A stretch of DNA of 64,000 nucleotides from Bacteroidota bacterium. GTDB lineage: Bacteria; Bacteroidota; Bacteroidia; UKL13-3. The DNA lies in assembly GCA_947477885.1 (NCBI GenBank), contig CANJUD010000008.1:29569-93568 (forward strand), written 5' to 3'. Each line of letters begins with the position of its first letter. Position 1 is the stretch's first letter. A model generated the notes under the pieces. The model searched no databases and was not told the DNA's origin. It saw only the letters and a program-made list of their open reading frames with translations. Below, in pieces: positions 40,896 to 50,204 of this stretch. A program made the translations under genes and the position numbers.

Positions 40896-43037
40896 ATGGC
40901 AAAGCTAAGATTTGGGCTGAACGGCCAGATATTTACAGGTTTCTTTATCCTGGTATTCCTGCTGATGTTATATGCTATCGTTAGCTTTTTTGCTTTGAAA
41001 GCCAATACCAATATTTCTGAAAAGATATCGACGGTGGTTGCCCCATCCCTCGAGGCCGTGAATGACTTGGATAATATGGTGGTAAAATCGAGAATGCTTA
41101 CCATTACTTGGGTGCTATCGCAGCCTAATGACTATGATAAATCTGCATTAAAAAAACTTCATCAAACAGAATATAGACAAATAAAACAAAACATCAAAAA
41201 ACTAATGGCCAAATGGGATGACCCAAGTTCCGCAAAAGAGATGGATTCCGCATTTGTTTTGTTTGAAGTTATTCTAGGTTGGGAAAAAGAAATTATGGCT
41301 TACTTGCCCGATTTTAAATCCTATGAAATAGCGGAAGCCAAAATTGAAAGCAGTGATTTATTGGGCAATGTAATAGAACAATCGGATGAGCTTGCTGCAC
41401 GAGTTGACAAAATTAAAAAATTGAAATCGAAAGAGTTTGCTGAGAGCGAACTCATACTGTCAAAAACAGCAGATAATTTAAGATATAGTATTATAGGGCT
41501 TTCTATATTGTTCAGTATTTTGGGCGTTATCATATCTATATATATGGGTAACCTTATTACCAAACCCGTGGTGCAACTTCGTAATGTGATAAATCGTTTG
41601 AGTCGCGGAGAATTGGCCAAGAGCGACCTGCGTGTGAGCCAAAACGAAATTGGTAAAATGATACAATCGGTTGACATTCTTACCGAATCATTGAAGCAAA
41701 AAACACAATTTGCAAACGCGATAGGAACACGCAATTATGATGAACCGTTCAAACCCATCGGACCGCGTGACGATTTGGGAACAGCACTCATTTCGATGAG
41801 AGATAACTTAAAAAAGAATGAGTCGCAATTAATTGAAGCCAAAGATGCAGCTGAATCTGCCGACAAAGCAAAGAGCCAATTTCTAAGCAATATGAGTCAC
41901 GAGATTCGCACACCGATGAACGCCATCATTGGTCTCACAGAATTACTTTTACAAGAAAAAGAACTCGACGAAATGCAAGCCGACAATCTTCGTTCTATAC
42001 AATTATCAGCCGACAACTTATTAGAAATTATCAATGATATATTAGACATTTCTAAGATTGATGCTGGGAAATTGAGTCTGCAAACATCAGAATTTAATTT
42101 GAACGATGTATTACAACAAGTGCTTCGTGTGGCTAGTGTGAAAGCCAGTTCCAAAAAAATACAACTCAACAAATCTGTCGATACACGCTTGCCAATGATG
42201 CTGAAAGGTGATGCGGTTAGGCTTAATCAAATACTCATAAACCTTGTTGACAATGCTCTAAAATTCACAGAGAATGGCAACGTGGAAGTGAAATTAACCG
42301 CCAAGTCGCTGGATATACAAAATGCCAAATTAATTTTACATATAGAAGTAGTTGACACTGGAATTGGAATACCTCGCGAAAAATTCAACATTATATTCGA
42401 AAGTTTCCGTCAGATAAAAGACGAACACAATCGCCAATATGGTGGCACAGGTTTGGGCCTCGCCATTACCAACAAATTGGTTGAACTGATGAAAGGTAGA
42501 ATATGGTTGGAGAGTGAAGTAGACCGCGGAACTACGTTCTATATAGAGTTGCCTTTCGAGATATCAGAAAACTATATGAATGTGGCACAGTTTATCCAAT
42601 CGCCAGTGAAGATAAGCCCCGTGATGGAGAATACGGCCAATAACAAAAATTTTGCAGGCAGGCATTTCTTGGTTGTTGAAGATAATCTGATCAATCAGAT
42701 ATTGATGAAAGAGATTTTGAAAAAATGGAATGCTACCTTCGAGGTTGCTTCTAATGGTGTAGAATGCCTTAAATATATGGAGCAAAAAGAGTATGATGCG
42801 GTGCTAATGGATTTGCAAATGCCTATTATGGATGGCTATGAAGCTACGCAAAAAATAAGGCAGAGCCAGACTTATAAAAATCCACTAATACCGATTATCG
42901 CTATATCTGCAGATGCTTATGAAGCCACAAAAGTTAAAGCTCTTGAAACAGGCATGAACGACTATATCTCAAAGCCTTTTAGTAACGACGGACTATATAA
43001 TATCATTAATAAATGGATAGGCCGCAAAGCAGCGTAA
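40896..43037 (+). CDS. Hybrid sensor histidine kinase (2 TM, helical periplasmic sensor, HAMP, HisKA, HATPase, REC)
   Basis: FLSNMSHEIRTPMNAI, QILINLVDNALKFT, DTGIGI, GGTGLGLAI, VVEDN, MDLQMP.MDG, KPF. Confidence 0.96.
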   Translation: MAKLRFGLNGQIFTGFFILVFLLMLYAIVSFFALKANTNISEKISTVVAPSLEAVNDLDNMVVKSRMLTITWVLSQPNDYDKSALKKLHQTEYRQIKQNIKKLMAKWDDPSSAKEMDSAFVLFEVILGWEKEIMAYLPDFKSYEIAEAKIESSDLLGNVIEQSDELAARVDKIKKLKSKEFAESELILSKTADNLRYSIIGLSILFSILGVIISIYMGNLITKPVVQLRNVINRLSRGELAKSDLRVSQNEIGKMIQSVDILTESLKQKTQFANAIGTRNYDEPFKPIGPRDDLGTALISMRDNLKKNESQLIEAKDAAESADKAKSQFLSNMSHEIRTPMNAIIGLTELLLQEKELDEMQADNLRSIQLSADNLLEIINDILDISKIDAGKLSLQTSEFNLNDVLQQVLRVASVKASSKKIQLNKSVDTRLPMMLKGDAVRLNQILINLVDNALKFTENGNVEVKLTAKSLDIQNAKLILHIEVVDTGIGIPREKFNIIFESFRQIKDEHNRQYGGTGLGLAITNKLVELMKGRIWLESEVDRGTTFYIELPFEISENYMNVAQFIQSPVKISPVMENTANNKNFAGRHFLVVEDNLINQILMKEILKKWNATFEVASNGVECLKYMEQKEYDAVLMDLQMPIMDGYEATQKIRQSQTYKNPLIPIIAISADAYEATKVKALETGMNDYISKPFSNDGLYNIINKWIGRKAA

Positions 43038-43681
43038 AATTTAACCTGTACCCTACCCTTTTTGTTTTTTTATTGCCTATAGTTATATTAACTATTTGTA
43101 TTGGGGTATACGGCAACCATACTGCTTTCTTATATATTAATAACCATTTCCATTCTGGATTATTAGATACGCTGATGCCATTTATTACTATGATGGGCGA
43201 ATGGGTAGTAGTTATCCCTACTATCATTATCGTTGCATTTTTTAATTATAAACAGGCATTGGGAATTGCAATTTCTGGTATTGTTTCAATGATAGTTGTG
43301 CAAGGATTAAAAGAATATGTATTTGCTGATATGGCTAGGCCATCAGGTGTTTTTGCAAATGATTTATCTGTTCTGCACATTGTTGAAAATACAGATTTAC
43401 ATTCATGCTACACCTTTCCTTCAGGACACAGTGCTGGAGTTTTTATGTTGTGCATGTCTTTGGCATTTTATTTTAAGAATATAAATGTAACAATGGGATT
43501 GATATTGGTGGCTTGTTTAACGGGTTGGTCCAGAATGTATCTTGCCCAACATTTCCCAATCGATGTGGCAGTTGGCGCCCTTATTGGCATTGCTTCGTCA
43601 TACTTTATGGAAATTTGGATTTCTAAAACCAAGAAATTTAAAGGTGAAGCAAATTTTATGACACTTTTTCGCAAAAAATAA
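43013..43681 (+). CDS. PAP2 family membrane phosphatase
   Basis: K......RP, FPSGHS, SRMYLAQHFPIDV. Confidence 0.9.
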   Translation: MDRPQSSVKFNLYPTLFVFLLPIVILTICIGVYGNHTAFLYINNHFHSGLLDTLMPFITMMGEWVVVIPTIIIVAFFNYKQALGIAISGIVSMIVVQGLKEYVFADMARPSGVFANDLSVLHIVENTDLHSCYTFPSGHSAGVFMLCMSLAFYFKNINVTMGLILVACLTGWSRMYLAQHFPIDVAVGALIGIASSYFMEIWISKTKKFKGEANFMTLFRKK

Positions 43682-43795
43682 ATAGCTGAATAACAACACT
43701 ATATAGCAACTGATGCAATTATCAAAATCAACACTTATTGCAGAGTACTATACAAAGCATACATTTGTCGACTCAAAAAAAAGTATAGAAAAAGT

Positions 43796-44119
43796 ATGGA
43801 TGACTACAACCAGGACAGGAACATTGTATTTTCGAGAAAAGTAAAGGCCGGAAAAAGGACCTATTTCTTTGATGTGAAAACTACCAAGGGTAATGATTAT
43901 TACATAAACATTACCGAAAGCAAAAAGAATTTGGATGGAGGTTTTATGAAAACCAAAGTGTTCTTATACAAAGAAGACTTCAATAAATTTATGGATGGCC
44001 TGCAAGAAACTGTTTCATATGTAAAAAACGAGTTGATGCCCGACTATAATTTTGATGAGTACCAAAGGCCTGAATATAATGCCACTCCGCCTGCCGAAGA
44101 GGACTTTAACCAAAGCTAA
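43796..44119 (+). CDS. DUF3276 / PUR-family nucleic-acid-binding protein
   Basis: FSRKVKAGKRTYFFDVK.T...DYY..ITESKK, FLYKEDF.KF; TACATTTG promoter box at about 43760. Confidence 0.9.
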   Translation: MDDYNQDRNIVFSRKVKAGKRTYFFDVKTTKGNDYYINITESKKNLDGGFMKTKVFLYKEDFNKFMDGLQETVSYVKNELMPDYNFDEYQRPEYNATPPAEEDFNQS

Positions 44120-44135
44120 TCCACCAATTGTATAT

Positions 44136-44172
44136 AAAAAAAATGCGACGCACTAGAGTCGCATTTTTTTTT
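44136..44172 (+). terminator. Rho-independent terminator
   Basis: aaaaaaaatgcgac-N8-gtcgcatttttttt. Confidence 0.85.
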
Positions 44173-44206
44173 ATCCCTGTTTTTTAACTAGGTTTGCAAC
44201 ATCACA

Positions 44207-45031
44207 ATGACCGCATACGAAATTCAGGCTGCTAGCTATAACGATGATATAAGCCATCTGTTGGACTTATATATCAAATTGGCCGACCGTGAAATGGCCT
44301 ACGGGCTTTATGACCCTAAGTTTTCATCCTTCATTGCACTGAAATCGTTCCCGCTATCAACCCCAGATGATTTGCGAGACATTGTAAACCACGAATTCAC
44401 TAAAACATATCGCAGTTCAAGAATTATTATAGAGAATAACCAATCGGCACTATTCCCTGAAAATTTGTTTGACCGCAATAAAGCCAAAGATATTTTTTCA
44501 TTTACAACACCTTTTAATGCCAACGAAGAAACATTATATACTGACCACTTAAAAACTAGTGGCATGCTGAATGTGTTCAAAATATCAAACCTACTTAAAG
44601 AAATCATTACCCCATATTTTCCGCAAGCAAAAATTACACATTATGCCACAGCACTGCTATCAGGACTAATGGTGAATAGTAATGATGAAACTGAATTTAC
44701 AGCACATGTTAATCCCGATTTTTTTCATATTGTAATTACCAAAAACAATAAGCTAATTTTCTGTAATTCCTTCGAGTATGAAACTATTGAAGATATACTA
44801 TATTATATATTAGCCAGCTACGAACATTTTGAATTTTCGCCTAAAACGCAACCCCTAAAACTATATGGCTCTATCAATCGGTTTGATGAATTGAAAGATT
44901 TGCTGAATACCTATATCATGTTTACAGAACTTGGCGAACGCCCTGCCAACTTTTCTTTCGACAAGGCATTTGACCAATTGCCCGAGCATTTATATTTCCC
45001 GCTTTTATCATTGCCCCTGTGCGAATCATAA
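44207..45031 (+). CDS. DUF3822 family protein
   Basis: LFPENLF, L.FCNSF....EDILYYIL motifs; usual position upstream of rsmD in Bacteroidota. Confidence 0.8.
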   Translation: MTAYEIQAASYNDDISHLLDLYIKLADREMAYGLYDPKFSSFIALKSFPLSTPDDLRDIVNHEFTKTYRSSRIIIENNQSALFPENLFDRNKAKDIFSFTTPFNANEETLYTDHLKTSGMLNVFKISNLLKEIITPYFPQAKITHYATALLSGLMVNSNDETEFTAHVNPDFFHIVITKNNKLIFCNSFEYETIEDILYYILASYEHFEFSPKTQPLKLYGSINRFDELKDLLNTYIMFTELGERPANFSFDKAFDQLPEHLYFPLLSLPLCES

Positions 45032-45558
45032 GTGGAAAATATCGTGGCCATGTGCTCCGTCCTCCCACAGGATTGCCTGTTAGACCCACTACTGACCGAG
45101 CCAAAGAAAGTTTGTTCAATATATTAGAAAACAAATATTATATAGATGAACTAAATGTACTGGATTTATTTAGTGGTACCGGTAATATAGCTTTTGAATT
45201 TGCAAGCCGCGGTGCCATTGAAGTAATTTGTGTAGATAAATATCCGAAATGCTGCAAGTATATATATGCTGAAGCTCAAAAAATTGGGCTCAATCAAATA
45301 CATACCGTTACCGAAGATGTAATACACTTTATCAAAAATTGTCCTACTCAATACACTATTGTATTTGCTGATCCACCCTATGAAATGGCCAATCAAGAAG
45401 ATATAATCGCCCTGATATTTGAAAAAGAATTGGTCAAAAAAAATGGGATGCTTATATGGGAACACCACAAAAATCTGAATTTTAAAAACCTAAAACACTA
45501 TAGCGAAACGCGGAACTATGGAGATTCGGCATTTAGTTTTTTTGCAATCAATGAATAA
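45019..45558 (+). CDS. rsmD: 16S rRNA m2G966 methyltransferase
   Basis: MRIISG..RG, RPTTDRAKESLFNIL, LDLFSGTG, FADPPY, R.YG. Confidence 0.93.
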   Translation: MRIISGKYRGHVLRPPTGLPVRPTTDRAKESLFNILENKYYIDELNVLDLFSGTGNIAFEFASRGAIEVICVDKYPKCCKYIYAEAQKIGLNQIHTVTEDVIHFIKNCPTQYTIVFADPPYEMANQEDIIALIFEKELVKKNGMLIWEHHKNLNFKNLKHYSETRNYGDSAFSFFAINE

Positions 45559-47398
45559 TATATTATTATATATATGCTCGTCATTGGGACTGTATGCCGT
45601 CATTGCGAGGAGGCTTCCGACGTGGCAAATTTCAATTCGACGCAGTCAATCCCATGGTGTGTGTGCTCGGAAATTTAAACTCGCCGAGCATACACTCGAG
45701 GAGATTTCCACGTCGCCCTTCGCACCGCTCCTTGCAATGACGCGTAAGGGGTTAGTTTTCCTCCTTCCCCTTCTATTATACACCCTCCCATCCTACTCCC
45801 AATCCGATTCAACAATTACGATATATCACAATGCCACTATATATAGTGTCGATAGTCTGTTTACCAAGTATGATGCAATGGCAATTGTTGAATATCCATT
45901 GAATGAAAAGAAAAATAAAATTTTAGCAACAGGGCAAATTGAAAAACTAAAAACAAAATATCCGAATGCAATTTTAAATAATGTAAAAGGTAAATATATA
46001 TATCCTGGTTTTATTGATGCTCATTGTCATTTTTTTGGATTGGGTGTGAGTATGCAAATAGTTGACCTGGTAGGAACAAAAACATACGAAGAAGTATTAG
46101 AACGGTGTAAAAAGTATTATAATACCAACAAAGGAAACTACCTGATGGGCCGTGGTTGGGACCAAAACGACTGGCCTAAAAAAGAATATCCTACTAATGA
46201 GCAATTGAATTTACTTTTTCCTGATATTCCAGTTGTATTAAAACGAATAGATGGTCATGCCGCATTAGTAAATAAGAAAGCATTGGCAATAGCAGGAATT
46301 AAAAAAGGAACAAAAATTAAAGGTGGTGAAATTATATTAAAAGATGGAAAACCAACAGGAGTTCTAATTGACAATGCTGTTGATTTGGTGATGAAAGTAA
46401 TCCCCAAAATGAGTGATATACAAATTAAACTTGCAGTGGAACAAGCCGAAAAAAAATGTATATCAGTGGGCTTGACCAGTGCGGTTGATGCCGGATTGGA
46501 GATGGACACTATATATAAAATTGCTAAATTTTTAAGGGATATAAATGTATATGCCATGCCAATGTTCACAACTGATTTTATTGAATCGCACGATGCTAAT
46601 ATCGACCATCCCATAGACTATGATAAACTGCATTTAGATGGCGTAAAAGTATATATAGATGGTGCACTCGGCTCGCGTGGTGCATTATTATTAAAACCCT
46701 ATAGTGATAATCCAAAATCATATGGATTAGAATTAAAAAGCTATAAGGAACTTCAAAAAATATTTCTATGGTGTGCCGAATACGGATACCCACTCAATGC
46801 CCACTGTATAGGCGATTCAGCCACTCGCATATATTTTAAATTGATAGAAGAATTGAAACCCATCTTGAAAAAAAATATATATAAATGGCGAATCGAACAT
46901 GCACAGGTTGTTGACACAAATGATTTACACAAGTTTAAAAAGTATGGCATCATACCTTCAGTGCAACCCACCCATGCTACAAGTGATATGTATTGGGCTG
47001 AAGAGCGATTGGGCAAGCAACGCGTAAAAACCGCCTATGCCTATAAAGATTTATTAAAAGCAGCTGGCGTAATTGCACTTGGCACCGATTTTCCTGTGGA
47101 AGATGTAAATCCATTATATACATTTACCTCAGCCGTATGGCGAATGGATAGCAATGAATTCCCAAAAAACGGTTTCCAAATAGAGAATGCACTCACCAAA
47201 GAAGAAGCCCTGAGAGGTATGACAATATGGGCAGCATACAGTGTGAATGCCGAACGATATACTGGCAGCCTAGAACCCAACAAACAAGCCGATTTCATTA
47301 TCTTTGATACCGACCTCATGAATGCCACTTTTAAACAATGTAGAAATGCTAAAGTGATTGGAACTTATATAAGGGGGAAACGGGTATATAGTAGATAG
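45551..47398 (+). CDS. Amidohydrolase 3 (YtcJ-like) secreted metallo-hydrolase, with a palindromic element in frame in the N-terminus
   Basis: PGFIDAHCH, GRGWDQN, RIDGHA, K.YIDGALGSRGA, HCIGD, RIEHAQ, QPTH, GTDFP. ATG 45551 overlaps the rsmD stop; alternative ATG 45737. Confidence 0.92.
   Translation: MNNILLYICSSLGLYAVIARRLPTWQISIRRSQSHGVCARKFKLAEHTLEEISTSPFAPLLAMTRKGLVFLLPLLLYTLPSYSQSDSTITIYHNATIYSVDSLFTKYDAMAIVEYPLNEKKNKILATGQIEKLKTKYPNAILNNVKGKYIYPGFIDAHCHFFGLGVSMQIVDLVGTKTYEEVLERCKKYYNTNKGNYLMGRGWDQNDWPKKEYPTNEQLNLLFPDIPVVLKRIDGHAALVNKKALAIAGIKKGTKIKGGEIILKDGKPTGVLIDNAVDLVMKVIPKMSDIQIKLAVEQAEKKCISVGLTSAVDAGLEMDTIYKIAKFLRDINVYAMPMFTTDFIESHDANIDHPIDYDKLHLDGVKVYIDGALGSRGALLLKPYSDNPKSYGLELKSYKELQKIFLWCAEYGYPLNAHCIGDSATRIYFKLIEELKPILKKNIYKWRIEHAQVVDTNDLHKFKKYGIIPSVQPTHATSDMYWAEERLGKQRVKTAYAYKDLLKAAGVIALGTDFPVEDVNPLYTFTSAVWRMDSNEFPKNGFQIENALTKEEALRGMTIWAAYSVNAERYTGSLEPNKQADFIIFDTDLMNATFKQCRNAKVIGTYIRGKRVYSR
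45598..45742. repeat. Family A palindromic element inside the 5' coding region of the amidohydrolase gene
   Basis: Begins cgtcattgcgaggaggcttccgacgtggcaa (near-identical to the left arm of the 24729-24872 copy) and ends ctccttgcaatgacg. Confidence 0.85.
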
Positions 47399-47422
47399 TA
47401 TAAAGTATAAAGACAGTGATAA

Positions 47423-48157
47423 ATGATAAATATGTTACTTAAAACTTTAAAGTACCCAACTCCCCTATCCTTCGGAAAGGTCCCGGATCTTATTCGGGAG
47501 GGGGTGAGGCTTTGCGGCAGCCCTGTGCGTAAAATCCACTTTCTTTTTCTCCTCTTCACTTTATTATATATAATACCTTCCAATATCTTTTCACAACAAG
47601 CAAAATTTAAAGCAAGTTTTGGCCTTAGTTTATCGCAGATAGATAATGATGGCATGAGTGGTTATCACAAAAACGGATTAACTGCTGGATTAGCAACACA
47701 GTTCCCTCTCAAAAAAAATATGTTATGGTCAATAGGTTTGAAATACGTGAACAAAGGCAGCAAAAAAATATACGGTGAATTTGGCCCAGTTGGGGGAAAT
47801 GGGAAATGGGAAATCGCCAGATTACAATACATTGATGTGCCACTTACTTTTACTTATGTATATAAGGACAGATTTCATATAACGACAGGACCCTTAGCAG
47901 GTATATTAACAGGTGGCAATATAGAATTTACTCCTTTTACCAAAACTCCGGCACTTGATGTATTTAAACGTGTTGAGGCGGCTTGGATTTTATCTGCATC
48001 CTATAATTTTACCAATAATTGGTTTGTTCAGGTATCAACTGAGACCAGTTATATTTCTATAACCAAAGGTGATAATCGTCCCCATTTTCAAAGATATTTT
48101 GGACATATGAATGATAATATTTTGATTGAATTGGTAAAGGTTTTTGATAGTAAATAA
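47423..48157 (+). CDS. Outer membrane beta-barrel (porin-like, OMP_b-brl_2 type) protein
   Basis: G...SQID.D...GY.K.G..AG, L.Y..KGS, L.YIDVPL; start uncertain (47423, 47432 or GTG about 47525). Confidence 0.75.
   Translation: MINMLLKTLKYPTPLSFGKVPDLIREGVRLCGSPVRKIHFLFLLFTLLYIIPSNIFSQQAKFKASFGLSLSQIDNDGMSGYHKNGLTAGLATQFPLKKNMLWSIGLKYVNKGSKKIYGEFGPVGGNGKWEIARLQYIDVPLTFTYVYKDRFHITTGPLAGILTGGNIEFTPFTKTPALDVFKRVEAAWILSASYNFTNNWFVQVSTETSYISITKGDNRPHFQRYFGHMNDNILIELVKVFDSK
47459..47509. repeat. Family C element carrying a family D insert
   Basis: actcccctatccttcggaaagg-[TCCCGGATCTTATTCGGGA]-gggggtgagg. Confidence 0.6.
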
Positions 48158-48256
48158 AAGAAATAGTGGTAAGTGGCTGACGCGGCAATTACCACTAAAA
48201 TTTGCCAATTGATTACCTTAATACATGCATCAAACAAAATATTATCGCATTAATAC

Positions 48257-48281
48257 CGCGTCATGCTGTTTTATGACGCGT
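48257..48281. terminator. Hairpin between convergent genes (possible terminator)
   Basis: cgcgtcat-N9-atgacgcg, next to the lpxH stop; no clear U tract. Confidence 0.4.
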
Positions 48282-48289
48282 AACCTATA

Positions 48290-49042
48290 TCAAATCTTCT
48301 TCAAATTGAGGTGTTCCCCATCAAACACGGCATAGGTAAAATGTGTTATCCAGTCGCCTAGATTTATATAAGTTGCACCATTTCCCAAATCCAATTGCAG
48401 GGGATAATGACGATGCCCATATATCATATAATCATAATGCGTTTGTTGTAATAGTTCTTTCGAATATATAATCAACCATTCCTTCTCTTCACCCAAAAAC
48501 ACTTTGTCTCTATCAGCATTTACACTGCGACTGCTTTTGCTAAAATAATTTGCCAAGCGAATTCCTATATCGGGGTGCACTTGCCTGAAAAGCCATTGGC
48601 AAAAAGAATTGCGAAATAGTTTTTTAATAAACTTATATCCATGATCACCCGGACCAAGTCCGTCACCATGTGCTATATAAAACTTTTTATTTCCTATAGT
48701 TTTAATCAATGGTGCATGATGCACTTCTATATTAAACTCTTTGCTAAAATAATCACGCATCCACACATCATGGTTGCCACTGAATATATATATCTTAATA
48801 TCAGCATCACTCATCCGAGCAAGCTGACCTAAAAACCGAGTATAATACTTTGGAATAGCGTGCTTATACTCAAACCAAAAATCGAACAAATCGCCTACTA
48901 AATATAATTCTTTTGCATCCACCGAAATCTGCTCCAACCAATCCACTAGCTTACGCTCACGCTGCAAACTACTTTCGTAATCAGGCACGCCGAAATGAAA
49001 ATCGGATGCGAAGTAGGTTTTGGTTCTGTGGGTTTCTGGCAC
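48290..49042 (-). CDS. lpxH: UDP-2,3-diacylglucosamine diphosphatase (LpxH family)
   Basis: ASDFHFG, GDLFDFW, GNHD, AHGDG, GHRH, NLGDW metallophosphoesterase motifs. Confidence 0.9.
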   Translation of the reverse strand: MPETHRTKTYFASDFHFGVPDYESSLQRERKLVDWLEQISVDAKELYLVGDLFDFWFEYKHAIPKYYTRFLGQLARMSDADIKIYIFSGNHDVWMRDYFSKEFNIEVHHAPLIKTIGNKKFYIAHGDGLGPGDHGYKFIKKLFRNSFCQWLFRQVHPDIGIRLANYFSKSSRSVNADRDKVFLGEEKEWLIIYSKELLQQTHYDYMIYGHRHYPLQLDLGNGATYINLGDWITHFTYAVFDGEHLNLKKI

Positions 49043-49150
49043 TTTTACAACTGGTATTTAGCACAAAGATAAGGGAGATTGGGAAATGACAAGTTTAGCT
49101 GATATCTATGATTTAGATTGTAGATTTCTTTTGTATCCTTTTATGCCACA

Positions 49151-49634
49151 CTAAAAGAAAGTTAAATAGACATTACTTCTGAAATACCTATGTAACATAC
49201 CGCCTAGCAGGCAGCAACTGCCCCTTTTTGGAGGCATCGCATGGTTCTTTATTAATATCGAAAAAAGTGAGGTATACATTTTTTTGTTTTGGGTCACACT
49301 CTTTTCTTTGCAGGCTGGCATATACCAATAATTATTAATGATTCTTTTTGCAAACAGGGTATCGCATTTCACCACCAAGCGTGAATCGACACGGTAGTTT
49401 TCGGCAGATTTGTAGAACCATTTCAAGTACCCACACCCTGATTTACATATAATCATAGTCGGCTATTATTTTTGGTAAATATTTCTTTAAGGCGACATTC
49501 ACATCCCACATTGCTATGGCATTTTTGTAGGTAAGCAGTTCATTTTATTTGACTAATGCTTTTTCGGCATCCGAACGTTTGGCATCCAGTTTTGGATTTG
49601 CTTCAAGATGCTTTTTTTGTTCAGAAAAATTCAT
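49151..49634 (-). pseudogene. Possible decayed gene of unknown function
   Basis: ATG 49634 MNFSEQKKHLEANPKLDAKRSDAEKALVK*NELLTYKNAIAMWDVNVALKKYLPKIIADYDYM*, continuing in another frame as ORF 49151..49456; family not recognised. Confidence 0.3.
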
Positions 49635-49670
49635 GGGATTCCGAAATATACGATTTACGATTTATTTTTT

Positions 49671-49727
49671 GTCATGTTGAGCGTTCCCGAATAAATCCGA
49701 ATCTTATTCGGATCGGGAGAAACATAC
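49671..49727. repeat. Family B hairpin interrupted by doubly nested family D mini-palindromes
   Basis: gtcatgttgagcgt-[TCCCGAATAAA-(TCCGAATCTTATTCGGA)-TCGGGA]-gaaacatac. Confidence 0.6.
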
Positions 49728-49787
49728 GATTTACCCCGCCGCGGAGGGGCTGACGACTGATTTACTTGATACCTGTTACTCTATACT

Positions 49788-50204
49788 TTATACTTTTAAA
49801 AACTCCACTGGCAAATTTACTGTTTTTCTGAGTGAATAATCAAAACATACAATTCCTGTTTTGGCAACGGCGAGTTGTTTTTGTGTGGTGTGGTTATATA
49901 TATTATAATACATATCGAAACCCTTGGGGCTGAAGTCGGACAAGGCGAGCTCGAATTGAATATCGTTGCCTGCAAAACCTTCTGATTTATATACTACTGC
50001 CACATCGCTCATTATAATACCAACCCCATAAAAATCTATTTCAGTTTGATTAAGCGAATTAAAATATTGCACACGTGCTTCTTGCATCAATCCTAATAAA
50101 GAATCATTGCCCAAGTGGTTGCCATAATTAAGCTCGGATACACGAATTTGTAATCGGGTATTGTACACCACAACTCCCTGAAAATGTAGTTGAATTCTTG
50201 CCAT
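49788..50204 (-). CDS. Acyl-CoA thioesterase (4HBT hotdog family)
   Basis: IRVSELNYGNHLGND...EAR, YKSE.F.G, AKTG.VCFDY. Confidence 0.88.
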   Translation of the reverse strand: MARIQLHFQGVVVYNTRLQIRVSELNYGNHLGNDSLLGLMQEARVQYFNSLNQTEIDFYGVGIIMSDVAVVYKSEGFAGNDIQFELALSDFSPKGFDMYYNIYNHTTQKQLAVAKTGIVCFDYSLRKTVNLPVEFLKV

